A stretch of 62,947 nt of DNA, the filler included, from Octopus bimaculoides (lineage: Eukaryota), in the NCBI RefSeq assembly GCF_001194135.2. It is 8 parts of 8 records of this genome, joined end to end, with 100 filler letters (N's around TTAATTAATTAA, not from the genome) between each part and the next. Parts side by side here need not be neighbours in the genome. Positions count along the whole stretch, not along the records: positions 1 to 3,257 come from NC_068982.1; positions 3,358 to 23,554 come from NC_068983.1; 6 more parts are not named here. One strand, given 5' to 3'. The notes beneath the pieces are model-generated. The model searched no databases and was not told where the DNA came from. It was given only the letters and a program-made list of their open reading frames with translations. Each line of letters starts with the position of its first letter. Within the stretch, counting starts at the first letter, position 1. The position numbers were made by a program, and so were the translations under genes. This document shows, in pieces, positions 1 to 12,534 of this stretch.

Positions 1-213
1 AACCATGAAACAATTCGTACCCAATTAACTAAAGACTTGTTTTGTTTATGCTTTTCCCTCCGGTTTTTTGTTCTATGTGTGCCATAAATATCGCCATCCG
101 TTTTAGAGAAAAATTTGTAGTTTAGAATCAGTAGTTCTTTGACTGCTATTTCTAAATTTTCAGTATGTTGGAGAAGCAACTCAATTGCTAATCCCTGTAT
201 ATTTATGATTATA

Positions 214-338
214 TATATACGACGGGCTTCTTTCAGTTTCCGTCTACCAAATCCACTCACAAGGTTTTGGTCGGCCCGAGGCTATAGTAGAAGACACTTG
301 CCCAAGGTGCCATGCAGTGGGACTGAACCCGGAACCAC
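214..338 (-). mobile_element. tRNA-derived SINE family A, fragment
   Basis: Matches the 19181-19572 and 45665-46055 copies (gggcttctttcagtttccgtctaccaaatccactcacaagg...gggactgaaccc). Confidence 0.85.
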
Positions 339-964
339 CTTTACACATGTTTCACTTGCTAATAGGAATCACAAAATTTTAAATGTTGGACAAACATGTA
401 AGAAATTTCCAATTAAAAATTCAGAGGATCAAATGATACAATTAGCAAGTGAAATATGTGTAATAGTGAACCATTAATACCAAAGACAACTTGCCAACTT
501 TCTTTAATATAATAGCTCTGCAAACAATATTTCCAGACTGTTCAACTCTAATATGGACCTTGCATCAGTAAAAACAATGATAACTCCATACTGGATTAAG
601 CAGATGTGCTTCAAGAAGACACAGTTCGATTACCCCCACCTCCTACCAAACCTTACATATTATATATCATTTTTGTGTATGTGTATTTTGTGTATGCCAC
701 CACGATTTAAATTTTATTGTATTCCACATTCTGAAATTTTTGTAACTCACATTAAAAAAAAATTCGTACTCTGCCTCTCATCATATTTCACGATAAAAAC
801 ATTTTTTTTCATTCTTTTTCGTTCAAAATCTTTCTTCCTTTTTAATATAACTGGTGAAGCAGAGAATCCATTAATTTTGTGTTTCTTTTTTTTTTTTTTA
901 ACCTCAAATTACAATTTTCCTTTCTTCCCACACTTTTGCCAGTTTGCAAAAACATTTTTTTTTA

Positions 965-1255
965 AGGCGTGGCTGTGTGGTAAGAAGTTCGCTTCCCAAC
1001 CACATGGTTTCAGGTTCAGTCCCACTGTGTGGCACCTCTTCTACTAGAGCCTCGAGCCAATCAAAGCATTACAAGTAGATTTGGAAGATGGAAACTGAAA
1101 GAAGCCCTCATGTATATGTGTGTGTCTCACTACCGCTTGACACCCAGTGGTGGTGCATTTACACCCCTTTAACTTAACGGTAAAAATTATTGAGGGTGGT
1201 GCAACAGCATGGCAGCAATCTAATGACTAAAACAAGTAAAAAGCGAAAGATAAGA
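965..1255 (+). mobile_element. SINE family A, diverged copy with head
   Basis: Head GGCGTGGCTGTGTGG (A-box-like) and GGTTCAGTCCC (B-box-like), followed by the family body and tail. Confidence 0.8.
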
Positions 1256-1629
1256 GTTTATCTACACTTACACGAGTTCGCCAGTGTATTTGCGTTGACA
1301 TAATTCCCATTAAATTGAATTTCGTGAACCATTTGTATCCCCATCTCCCACACAAAGATAATGCTCTATTTTACTTTGGACAAAGTTTTTGCTACGACCA
1401 TTTATGATAGAAGGGAAAGCAAGTTTTTTTTAAAATTTATATATCCCATTATACTTTTATTCAATTAAAAATATCCTTTTCTACATTTTAAACAACTGAA
1501 ATTATCGCCTTATAGATACTTCTTTTAAAAATTCTAATTTTGTTTTACACATATCTAACTCCGAATGATTTAAAAAAAGAGAAAGAAGGGAAAAAAAGCA
1601 CATCAGTTCAACACCAAATGCCTCAATTG

Positions 1630-1830
1630 GTCGCACACCACAAGGTTCAACGGAACCTACGGAAGTCAGCCAACATTACCACAGTCGATGGCGAGGCTAG
1701 GCGTTGGCACAGCCAAGCACCCTCATGAGCATCACCTGACAACTCTGCAAGGCGAGCCACCAACGATGACAAGAACTTCGTCGTTAGCGGCTTAGCCCCT
1801 CCAAACGTCACAAACTACAAAACTTCTGTA
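1630..1830 (-). mobile_element. CRE-type non-LTR retrotransposon, decayed 3' end (REL domain)
   Basis: Minus strand reads FVTFGGAKPLTTKFLSSLVARLAELSGDAHEGAWLCQRL and, after a frameshift, LAIDCGNV. This resembles the C-terminal QRLSLAVxRGNA-type motif of CRE-clade elements. Confidence 0.6.
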
Positions 1831-2329
1831 AAATATTTTGCAATAGCAATTCTCTGAGAGAACGCCGTATGGCAAATTGCATTCGCAACAGCTATTCTAA
1901 ACATCCGCCAAAATACTCACTGCAATATTTTCGTGTGAACCTTCTGTTATGTCGTCAAAAACACTGTTTCCATTCTATTTCTTGTTCAACTCACTTATCT
2001 TATTTATTACATCGGCTTTTTTTACTCGGGTGAAGGACTGGGAAAATCATTCGTCCTGCTGAACTAAATTTTACTTTTCATCCCTCCGCGATCGAAACAA
2101 CAAATAATAAAAAGATGATTGCTTTTATACCGTAATCAGTCCGAGCTCTTTGTGTATTTCTTTTCCTTCGGAAACCTATATGATATGGCAACGGCCTCTT
2201 TGTGGGACACTTAACTATGGAATGAAATTAGAGATGTAATCTATTATAGACATAACATTGACATATCATTGGTAAGATGGAGAAATAAATATGTGTGTGT
2301 CTGTGTGCGGGTTTCTGATATGGCTTTAA

Positions 2330-2690
2330 ATGTTGGTAGAAGGCTAGCAATTTCAGGAGACGGAGTAAGTCGATTATTCAATCGGTACTTATTTTATCGA
2401 ACCTGAAAGGATGAAGGGCAAAGTCGGCTTGAAAACATAAAGACGGACCAAAAGCCGCAAAACATTTTGCCTGACACGCTAACGATTCTGCTAGTTCGCC
2501 GCCTTAGCGTGTGTTATTGAAAGAAAATTCTTTGTAATCTTGGCTCAAAACCAGCAATTTTGAGGAGAAGGGGCAAGTCGATGTAATCAGCTCCAGTACT
2601 GGTGTTTACCTTATTGACTTTGAAAGGGGCAAAGTCGACATCGATGAGGTTTGAACCCAGAAAAGTAAAGAAATGCCGCCAATCGTTTAT
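2330..2690 (-). mobile_element. Two decayed SINE family B copies
   Basis: Contain aaggatgaa(a)ggcaaagtcg and ctaacgattctgc...cgccgcctta, the reverse complement of the family B head and core. Confidence 0.75.
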
Positions 2691-3024
2691 TTCTGATGTG
2701 CTATCAATTCAACTGTTCGGTGGAGCAGCTACTGTACTCAGTCACTGGAACTATGGGTTCGAGTCCAGTCATAAACGATTTTATCTTGTTTTGAAATTAA
2801 AGGTATATTACAATAGATTGAGATTTGTTAAAAGATTTACCAACGTAGTTGTATCGTATCAGGAAAAAAACGAAAGAAAAAAATAGAGAAGTTTTATATA
2901 TGGAGAATTTTAAATCACTTCTTTAACTTTCTAAGACATCTCAATGCTTCTAAAAGCAAACTTCGTTTGTTTGTTTACGTTCATCGTAATTTGAATTTAT
3001 ACATACATACATACATACATACAT

Positions 3025-3257
3025 CATCATCATCATCATCATCGTTTAACGTCCGCTTTCCATGCTAGCATGGGTTGGACGATTTGACTGAGGACTGGTG
3101 AAATCGGATGGCAACACCAGGCTCCAATCTAATTTGGCAGAGTTTCTACAGCTGGATGCCCTTCCTAACGCCAACCACTCAGAGAGTGTAGTGGGTGCTT
3201 TTACGTGTCACCCGCACGAAAACGGCCACGCTCGAAATGGTGTCTTTTATGTGCCAC
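3025..3257 (-). mobile_element. RTE-tailed SINE family C, 3' part cut by a gap
   Basis: (CAT)n tail then cgtttaacgtccgctttccatgctagcatggg, as in the other family C copies. Confidence 0.85.
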
Positions 3258-3357
3258 NNNNNNNNNNNNNNNNNNNNNNNNNNNNNNNNNNNNNNNNNNN
3301 NTTAATTAATTAANNNNNNNNNNNNNNNNNNNNNNNNNNNNNNNNNNNNNNNNNNNN
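3258..3357. other. Assembly join: 44 N + TTAATTAATTAA + 44 N (also 23555-23654, 27815-27914, 40063-40162, 52126-52225, 58485-58584, 61091-61190)
   Basis: The same 100-bp structure occurs seven times, and the 12-mer has stop codons in all six frames. It is an artificial spacer, not genomic DNA. Confidence 0.95.
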
Positions 3358-3521
3358 CCGCAAGGGAAAACAAGGAACATTGTTTACAACGAGGTGTTAT
3401 AATCACAACAGCAAGAAAGTATGTACATGATCACCTTCTTTTACGAAACTTCATTGACTTTCATATATTTATATTGATATACATATATATACGTGTGTTT
3501 GGGTGCGTGTGTGTATATACA

Positions 3522-3612
3522 TCTCTATATATAAAGATGACGCGTAGTCTAGACGGCGTTTTTAGATTTCATTATTCTCTTTGACCCGGGCAACGCCGGG
3601 TATTTCTGCTAG
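3522..3612 (+). mobile_element. 91-bp non-autonomous mini-Helitron
   Basis: 5' TC (TCTCTATATATAAAG), 3' hairpin CCCGG-GCAACG-CCGGG at 3585-3600, CTAG end at 3609-3612, inserted between A3521 and T3613. Confidence 0.8.
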
Positions 3613-4421
3613 TACAACTATATTTATCATCACCTTATGCTAACAGTTTAAAAATGTATTATAGACTAAGAAATTAATGTTATGTTATGCAGTGCAGGTT
3701 TTGTCACCTTCTTTGAACTCAACATTTAAATTTATTGGTGGTAGTTAAGTGTCTGAATCGTTTGTCATTCTGAATATGTCTGCATCTGTTAATCTCCTTT
3801 GATCACTTTCCTACATCCAAACTTTAGTGAGCTATCACTATTTTTTTCTTCTATCAGAAAAACACATTACTACTAACTAAATCATGACTAAATCATTTTG
3901 CACTGTACAACTCCTGTTCCTAGAAAATTCTGGAATTCAAGTCAACCAACTGATCAGCGCTCCATCAATTTTACATTAACAAATTTTTAATAGGATGTGT
4001 GCTTCACATAGCATCCTGCTTACTAAACTGCAATAAAATTTTCTGGCCCCTTGCTAAATAGCTTTATGACTCTCTTCTAACATTTTAGTTTACCCAATGT
4101 GTCCTTCTTCAGATAACTCTGTAAGTATTCAGTACATATATTTATGAATCTTAGGAACTGTCTTAATTTAAACAAAATGGTCTTGCTACTTTGTTAGAGA
4201 CTAGTTTGAATTCTGTGCCGGAAAAATCATTCATACATACACCTGCAAACATGCATAATAGCTACAATTCAATTTTGAGTAATTCTATCACTTAATTGTT
4301 CTCTTAAACATGAGCACTTGGAGTGACTATGGTACAATAATTATTCTTTTTGATTGATTGCTCTCTTGGCCTCTGTCATCCTCCCCCATTTATAGGTATA
4401 TATGTCTGTCTCTAAGCATAT

Positions 4422-4462
<41 letters not shown>

Positions 4463-4684
4463 NNNNNNNNNNNNNNNNNNNNNNNNNNNNNNNNNNNNNN
4501 NNNNNNNNNNNNNNNNNNNNNNNNNNNNNNNNNNNNNNNNNNNNNNNNNNNNNNNNNNNGATGATGATGATGATACAGGCATGGCTGTATAGTTAAGAAG
4601 CTTGCTTCCCCACCATAAGGTCTTGGATTGGTTCAGCCCCACTGTGCAACACCTTGGGAAGTGTGTGTGTGTGTATATATATGT

Positions 4685-5140
4685 ATCATCATCATCATCG
4701 TTTAACGTCCGCTTTCCATGCTAGCATGGGTTGGACGATTTGACTGAGGATGGGTGAACCAGATGGCTACACTAGGCTCCAATCTGATTTGGCAGAGTTT
4801 CTACAGCTGGATGCTCTTCCTAACACCAACCACTCTGAGAGTGTAGTGGGTACTTTTACGTGCCACCAGCACGAAGGCCAGTCAGACGGTACTGGCAACA
4901 GCCACGCTCAAAGTGGTGTATTTTTGTTGCCAGTACTGCCTGACTGGCCTTCGTGCCGGTGGCACGTAAAAGCACCTACTACACTCTCGGAGTGGTTGGT
5001 GTTAGGAAGGGCATCCAGCTATAGAAACTCTGCCAGATCAGATTGGAGCCTGGTGCAGCCTTCTGGCTTGCCAGTCCTCAGTCAAATCGTCCAACCCATG
5101 CTAGCATGGAAAGCGGACGTTAAACGATGATGATGATGAT
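4685..5140. repeat. Palindrome of two family C SINE 3' halves (216-bp arms, 24-bp loop)
   Basis: 4685-4900 is the near reverse complement of 4925-5140, with an (ATC)/(GAT) tail at each outer end. Confidence 0.92.
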
Positions 5141-7879
5141 TAAACTTATTTAAAAGCTCTTGGTTTCTTAGTTTATGATGGTGTCTTTGCATATGTTATA
5201 CCATACATTGGTATTGTGCAATTGCCCATCATAGGAAATCAAATTCTGGTGAAGGTTTTACTTGTTTAAGAGTTTCTAGTTTATGGAAGTTTTGTTGCAT
5301 ATACTATACCTGAATAAAAGATGTTCACAGCAGCAATAGCATATATCTGTTTCATCAAAGCAGTCCTGGAGCTAAACTAACAAGTTTCAGTTCCTGACAT
5401 CCTTAACATGATTGAAAAAATGGCATGAATGATAGACAATCTTGTTTCACCAAAATATCCATAAATTAGTGCCAATAAACATCTGCATACCAGTCAAGTT
5501 AGTATTTTAACAAAACATTTCTTTTTGGCCATTGACATCCCGACTTTGAAGCAAGAACAACGGATTAACAGTAGGGTTTCTCCTGGTATCTTCATTAGTT
5601 GGGCATAAAGCCAATTGTCTTACTAGTTATAAAGCTCAACTAACTAAACTTGGTGAAGACATCTTTCAATGCCCAATTTAAACTATGAGTTTCGAGATAC
5701 TTTTCTTATGTACAAAACAATTTATAAATTAATCAAACAGATAAGAAAAAGCTATTTATAAGAATATTTATGACAAGCAATTTATAAATTGTAGATCAAC
5801 TGGATTTAAGCTGAACAAAATCAGATCATTCTCTTCTCTTCATATTTGTGGATAGAAGATAGAAAGTTAGAAGTTTATATTCAGATATTTCTATATTCTC
5901 TTTTTAATATTCTATAAGTAGATTGGCAGAATCATTAGAGCATCTTTTAAAATGCTTTGTGGTATTTGCTCTTGTTCTTTAAGTTCTGAGGTCAACTTTG
6001 CTTTTTATCATTTTGGGACTGATAAAATAAAGTGCCAGTCATGTTGGGGTGGAAATGGAAAGAAACATTACTATATGAGGATGGGGACAAGACAAAGGCC
6101 AAAAAGGATTGACAAATTGTCAGAAAAAAAAGAAAATACTCTCATACACACACAAAATCTAAAATAGGCAATTAAAAGATTGGAGATTGGAGGGGTGCAC
6201 TTCTTGTGATGAAGAGATGCTCTCCAATAACAGAGTAATCCTTCTCCAATAACAGGAAGCTAATATCTCATGAAAGGGATCATCTCCAGTGATGACAAGT
6301 AAAGAGCCCTTCTCCCTGAATAAAATTATTTCCACAGCCCTTTACAACGAAAAAAAAAAATCTACTGTAAGATACTGCTGTAGTAAGTCTCAAACTGGGT
6401 TACAAATAACACTCTGGACATGCAAAAGACGTTATAGGGGTATGTGAGATTTGTAAAAATACAGGAATTTTGAAATAATCGAAATTAGCTTCTCTTCAAT
6501 ATTGCACCTTCAGACCTAGTAAATATATATAAACAGAAAAACTTTGTCAATTATACTGTTTGAAAGTCCTGACTTCCAAATATAATAAACAATTACAAAT
6601 TGTTGGTTTTATGATGTTCGTAAAATGGTACCCATTATTGTCTGTTTTAAGGTATCCAACTAGTTTGCATAATATTCTTCAAAAAAGATACACTAACAAG
6701 ACAAATGAGAACCCATTTGCTATTGTCTGGGAAGTTGCCTGTTCAAGGGGAGGGATAATTCCAGTACTTGATTAGTATTTTATTTTATTAACCTGGAGGG
6801 AAGGAAGGCAAAGTAGACCTCAGTAAGATATGGATTCAGAACATAGAGCCGGTAAAGAGATAGGACCAGCATACAAAAAAATGTAAGAAAATCTAAATTT
6901 CAATCGAGTATTATATGGATGTTCACCACATGTTACAACTCAGTGATTTGCAAGATATGGTTTCTTTTTTTCACATGAATGGCTAAAGAACTCTATGAAT
7001 TTCCATGAGTGTCTAAAGACATCATGGAAGATTCTGGATTCAACAGTTTGAAATAATATGAGGATGCAAATAGGTGTTGTAGAAAGGATGCATATAATTG
7101 ATGCAATGTGTGTGTCTGTGTGTGTATTATATATAAATAATAATTTTTTGGTTAACTCAAATATGTTTGGGATATATTTGATCTGTAAAATGCCATTTTC
7201 ACTGTGATTTACCATGGGAGAAAATTCCCTGCTTTAAGCAAAATATGAAAAAATGTTAGTCATTTCATAGCATTCACCTATGGTCTAATATATGCATTTG
7301 AAGTTACTTATGTTCTCATCAGCATTAGATACCAAACAGGACAAATCCAAAATGACAAGAGGCTTTCACTACCTTGTTAGAAATCACTAGAAATTATCCA
7401 TGGGATATGTGCTGTGACTGTCAGGCCAGAACAAAATAATTGGTTGACATGCAAAGTAAAGTAATGAAATAAACAAGCTTTTTGATCAGTTCAAATATGT
7501 TGGGCCAAATATGTCCCAAACAGGTTTGAAGTGGTTGAAAATTTTATTTCACAACACTGCATGCCAACCGTGCATGTGTATGTGTGTGTGCGTGTGTGTG
7601 CGTGTGTAGTGTTAATTATTGTTTTAATTAAATACATGTATTGTATAGCATCTTTCAACCTCTTTCTTATATAATTTTTGTTTGTTTATCCCATTTCTCG
7701 GATATCTGTAAGCCATGTTTAACCATTTATCTTGTAGTTAAAGAGACAAAAAAGATAATAAAATAGTTCAATGAGGAGCATATGTTCCATGAAGAGGAGA
7801 CACTTTCTGGAGCATAATCGTTAGAATGTTTCACAAAATATCTTCTGGAATTTGTTGTGACTTTTTATATTGTGAATTT

Positions 7880-9400
7880 AAATTCTGCCAAGGTTAACTT
7901 TGCTGTTTATCCTTTGAGAGTTGATAAAATAATGTAACATTTCAGCACTGGGGTTGATGTCATAGACTAACCCCAACATCCAAAATTTCAGACTTTGTGC
8001 CTTTAGTAGAAAGGATTATTATTATAATTAAGGTTGTGAGTTGACAGAATTATTAGTATGCTGGAAGAAATGCCGTTATGTTCTGAGTTCAAATTCCACT
8101 GAGGTCGACTTTGCCTTTCATCCTACTGGAGTCGATGTAATCGACTTAATCCCTTTGTCTGTCCTTGTTTGTCCCCTCTATGTTTAGCCCCTTGTGAGCA
8201 ATAAAGAAATAAGAATTGTTAACATGCCAGACTGTGCTTAGCAGCATACCTTCCAGCTTTATGCTTTTAGTTCAAATTCTGCTGAGGTCAGTTATTCCAT
8301 TCATTCTTTCAAGATCAATAAAATAAGTATCAGTTAAGCACTAGGGTCAATGAAATCAACTTGACCCCTCCCACAAAATTTCAGGCATTGTGCCTATAGT
8401 AGAAAGGATTATTATTAAACTCTGCTTGCGAAGACATGTTGAGGCAAGTGAAATCGAAATCAAATTAAATTTGCAAATTCGATGACTGGCACCCGTGCCA
8501 GTGGAGCGCTAGCAGCACCATCCGAGTGTGATCGCTACCAGAGCAGCTGACTGGCTTACATGCCGGTGGTATGTAAAAAGCACTATTCGAACGTGTTCGT
8601 TACCAGCGTCACCTTACTGGCACTTGTGCCAGTGGCATGTGAAAAACCATTCGAGTGAGGTCATTGCCAGTGCTGCTGGACTGGCTCCTGTGCGGGTGGC
8701 ACGTAAAAAACACCACTTGAGTGTAGCCATTGCCAGTACTGCCTGACTGGCCCTCATGCTGGTGGCACATAACAGCACCCACTACACTCTCGGAGTGGTT
8801 GGTGTTAGGAAGGGCATCCAGCTGTAGAAACTCTGCCAGATCAGATTGGAGCCTGATGCAGCCATCTGGTTCGCCAGTCCTCAGTCAAACTATCCAACCC
8901 ATGCTAGCATGGAAAGCGGACGTTAAACGATGATGATCATTATTATTATTAAGGTGGTGAGGTGGCAGAATTGTTAGTATGCTGGGCAAAATGCTTAGCC
9001 GCATTTCATTTATCTTTACATTCTGAATTCAAATTGTGCTGAAGTCAACTTTGCCTTTCATCCTTTTGGGGTCAATTAAGAACCAATGAAACACTGGGGT
9101 CGATGTAATTTAGTCCTCTCCTCCAAAATTCCAGGCCTTGTGCTTTTAGTAGAAAGGATTATTATTAGTTGGCTGGCTGGCAGAATCATTAGCATGCCAA
9201 GTAAAAGGCTTAGCTGCATTTTGTCCATCTTCACATTCTGAGTTTAAATTCCACCGAGGTCAACTTTGCCTTTCTTCCTTTTGAAGTCTATAAAATAAGT
9301 ACCAATTGAACACTGGGGGTCAATATGATCAACTTACTCCTCCCTTAAAAAATTGTTGGCCTTGTGCTATAATTTGAAACCATTCTTCTTCTACTTATTA
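7880..9400 (+). mobile_element. Chain of about 5 SINE family B copies linked by (ATT)n, with a family C copy inside
   Basis: Repeated head ggcagaat...tagcatgc, core gaggtcgactttgcctttcatcc and tail gtagaaaggattattatt. Confidence 0.85.
8420..8937 (+). mobile_element. SINE family C, full length, with internal ~55-60-bp subrepeats
   Basis: Head ctctgcttgcgaagac, internal gtgccagtggcacgtaaaa-type repeats, 3' end ggaaagcggacgttaaacgatgatga. Confidence 0.88.
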
Positions 9401-9555
9401 TTATTATTTGTCGTGTAAGAAATCAATATAATCCAATTGCCCAGATTATATATAAATCTGAATACTTTACAAATTGCGAAAATCTAATCAATTTTAACAT
9501 GCTTACTTGATAATTTTTATTTTGATATGATTTAAAAAAAAAAATTTTTCTTCAG

Positions 9556-9646
9556 ATGTGGTACTCTGTTTAATTATTCTTGGTGTATTATTGTTGCTGA
9601 CAGTTATAGAAATAATAATGAAAAGACGAGAGATTGCAGCTGAAAA
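9556..9646 (+). CDS. Internal exon encoding a transmembrane helix plus basic tail (xVVLCLIILGVLLLLTVIEIIMKRREIAAE)
   Basis: Acceptor ttttttcttcag at 9555 and consensus donor GTAAGT at 9647. Only one frame is open and it gives a hydrophobic helix followed by KRR. The exon is phase 1 in and phase 2 out. Confidence 0.7.
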
Positions 9647-9724
9647 GTAAGTATACACTTGATCCATCCAGTTCAGTAAGCATAAAACTCAATCATAATC
9701 TCTCTATCACTTTTACAATGTAGA

Positions 9725-9760
<36 letters not shown>

Positions 9761-10716
9761 CATGCAGACCTGTTGGCTCATAGCTATCATTTGTAAAATT
9801 ATCACATTTGAATAACTGAAGTGTCTGTCATATTGTTCCAGACTTAATTCTAAAATCAAGCATTATTCTTTTGAAAAACTGCTGATGAAAATTACAGAAG
9901 ACACCATACAAACTATTATGAATTTTGTTAAATACATTCCCACACAGTACTCTGCTTTATTTTCTTGTTAAGTCCTCTCTCTTTAAATATATGCATTGTT
10001 TTTTAACCCTTAGTCTTTTTTGACCAGTCCTAAGATCTAAGGCATCCCAGGTTTAACCAGTCCATCCTTCTCCCAAACATTGTATATTTTGGATTACTTT
10101 ATCCAATGTGCCCTTTCTGTTCAAGTGAGTGATGTATAACTTAAAGGAGATTTCACAGTCATTTCTAGCAATTTGTGCATTTTGGAAGCTTAGTGAAAGT
10201 TGAGATTAAATTCTTCCTTCACTTGATATCAGAAATTTGATGCTTCTCTTGGCATTGGTACAGTTAGAAATATAAAAATATTAATGCCAATATCCTTGAT
10301 ATCTTTGTCCTCTGATAAAATATAACTGATATTAGATTAGACAGAAACATAGATATAACTTATTGTTAGCTCTTCTCTTTCTGCCTCAGTATTTGCAAAC
10401 TTGTGCGACATTTTCAAAAGTTTATCTATCTCAAGTTTTCATTGTATATTAAGATATCTATTTCAAGAAATATTATAGTGTGTCTCACAGACACTACACC
10501 TGGAATATCTGGTAGATAACGTGTATTTAGTGAAAGCTCTTTTTTTTTTTTTAAGATTACTGATGGTAACTATAATAATGTTGCAATATATTCATGCCTT
10601 AACCTAAAGTCGGCAGCAGACAACCAACTATAAACAATTATTGTTAGCTGGAAATTTTAGATCAGAAGCATATTAGAGGTGGCAGTAGGCATGGTGAAAG
10701 GAAAAAAAGAACATGC

Positions 10717-10752
<36 letters not shown>

Positions 10753-10822
10753 CACATACACACGTGTTTGTGTATAATTGTATNNNNNNNNNNATGCATG
10801 TATATATAAACACACACACATA

Positions 10823-10870
<48 letters not shown>

Positions 10871-12448
10871 TGTGTGGGTGTGTATATTTATCTTTGTTTT
10901 GTCTATGTAGTGGAAAATATTTTGCAAGTGAAGTGTCGTTCTACATGAACGACACTGTCACATGTCAATGTAAGTAATTATCTGCATACTAATAATAAAA
11001 ATGTTAACATCATCTCCTCCGCATCCTTCACCAACACAACCATCACTGCCATTACTGATGATGATGATCATCATCATTTCATCTCATGCTGACATGGGTT
11101 GGATGTGTTTACACATTACCACTCACCTTGGTTCTGTATCATCTTGTCTGTAAAATATAACATTGTTATATATCCGACTTCATCATTTCCTTTCATGTCT
11201 TCATATGTCTTGTGACATACCCTGACATCTTCTTGATCATCCTCTCTCTCTCTCTTTTACCAAATGGGGTAACCACATGTCTCCTCTACTGCAAGATAAC
11301 TGTTTCTAACTCTCTCTCTCAGTGCAAATGAGGAATAACTGGATTACAACAGACCACAGAAAAAGATGTAGTAATGGAGAAACAGCCTAGCACAAAGCTA
11401 CATCTATCAATACTACTTCTGCCCCAGTTGAAGGGCTTTGTCTTGCAAGTTACTCAGTGACCTCGCTAGTGGTAGTGCCACATAAAAAGCATCCAGTACA
11501 TTCTAAAAAGGGGTTGGTGTTGAGAAGAACAACTAACCAAAGAAACCATGCAAAAACAGACAGTAAAGTTTGGTGCAATCATCTGGCTTCTAGCTCTTGT
11601 CAAACCATCCAAACTCTGCCAGTGTGGAAGAATGATGTTAAACAATAACGATGATGAGGGGAATGATGATCCATCATCCATTCACAGCATCTCTTTCATA
11701 TCAAGACAATCAAATGTCTAACAAACATTAGCCACTGTCTGGCATCTCTCTTTCTCTCTAGCAATCAATAAGAAAGTTCAAGATAATTGAAGCACATTTG
11801 CTGTGAGGAGTGTAATGTTTTAATGGGGAAAAGAATATCGCATTTTTTTATTATTATTTATGATTTTACCATGAGAAAAGGGCTGTACACAGAGCCTTCA
11901 CTGACACTCCAAGACTGGAGTGTCACTAAAATTCCAAGGGTTGAGGTCATCATCGTTCTAACCTCCACTTTTCCATATTTGCATGGGCTGGATGTAGTTT
12001 ATCAAGGCAGATTTTCTCCAGTTGGAAACCCATTCTGTCTTCAAATCTTGCCTGTTTCCAAATAAGGTGATATTTCCTCATGGCCAAATATGCTTTTGCT
12101 GAATATTTGATATGAAATATAAAGGTTGTGTCATCAATAATGATAAAGATGCAATTATGTAATCAATTATCTTGATGTTTCCTTTCTACAGCAACAAATA
12201 CATGTTACAGGCAGACAAATAATGCTGAATCTAAGCTACAAATAAAAATCAAGAATAAAATGGTAAGAAAATCATATTTTTGTACATTTATTTTCTCTTT
12301 TATTTATTTGTTTCAGTCATTGGACTGTGGCCATGCTGGGACATAACCTTGAGAGGTTTATTTGAACAAATAGACCCCTGTATATGTTTTGAAGTCTGGT
12401 ACTTATTCCATCAGGCACGTTTATTGAACCAATGATGGTGGGGGACAA

Positions 12449-12479
<31 letters not shown>

Positions 12480-12534
12480 TATGTACAATAGGCTGCCTCA
12501 CAGATTCTGTCTAGCGAATTCACTCACAAAGCAT

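Noticed and set aside
3302-3313. TTAATTAATTAA as a biological motif or TTAA-type target site
   Set aside because: It is always centred in exactly 44+44 N, so it is an assembly linker.
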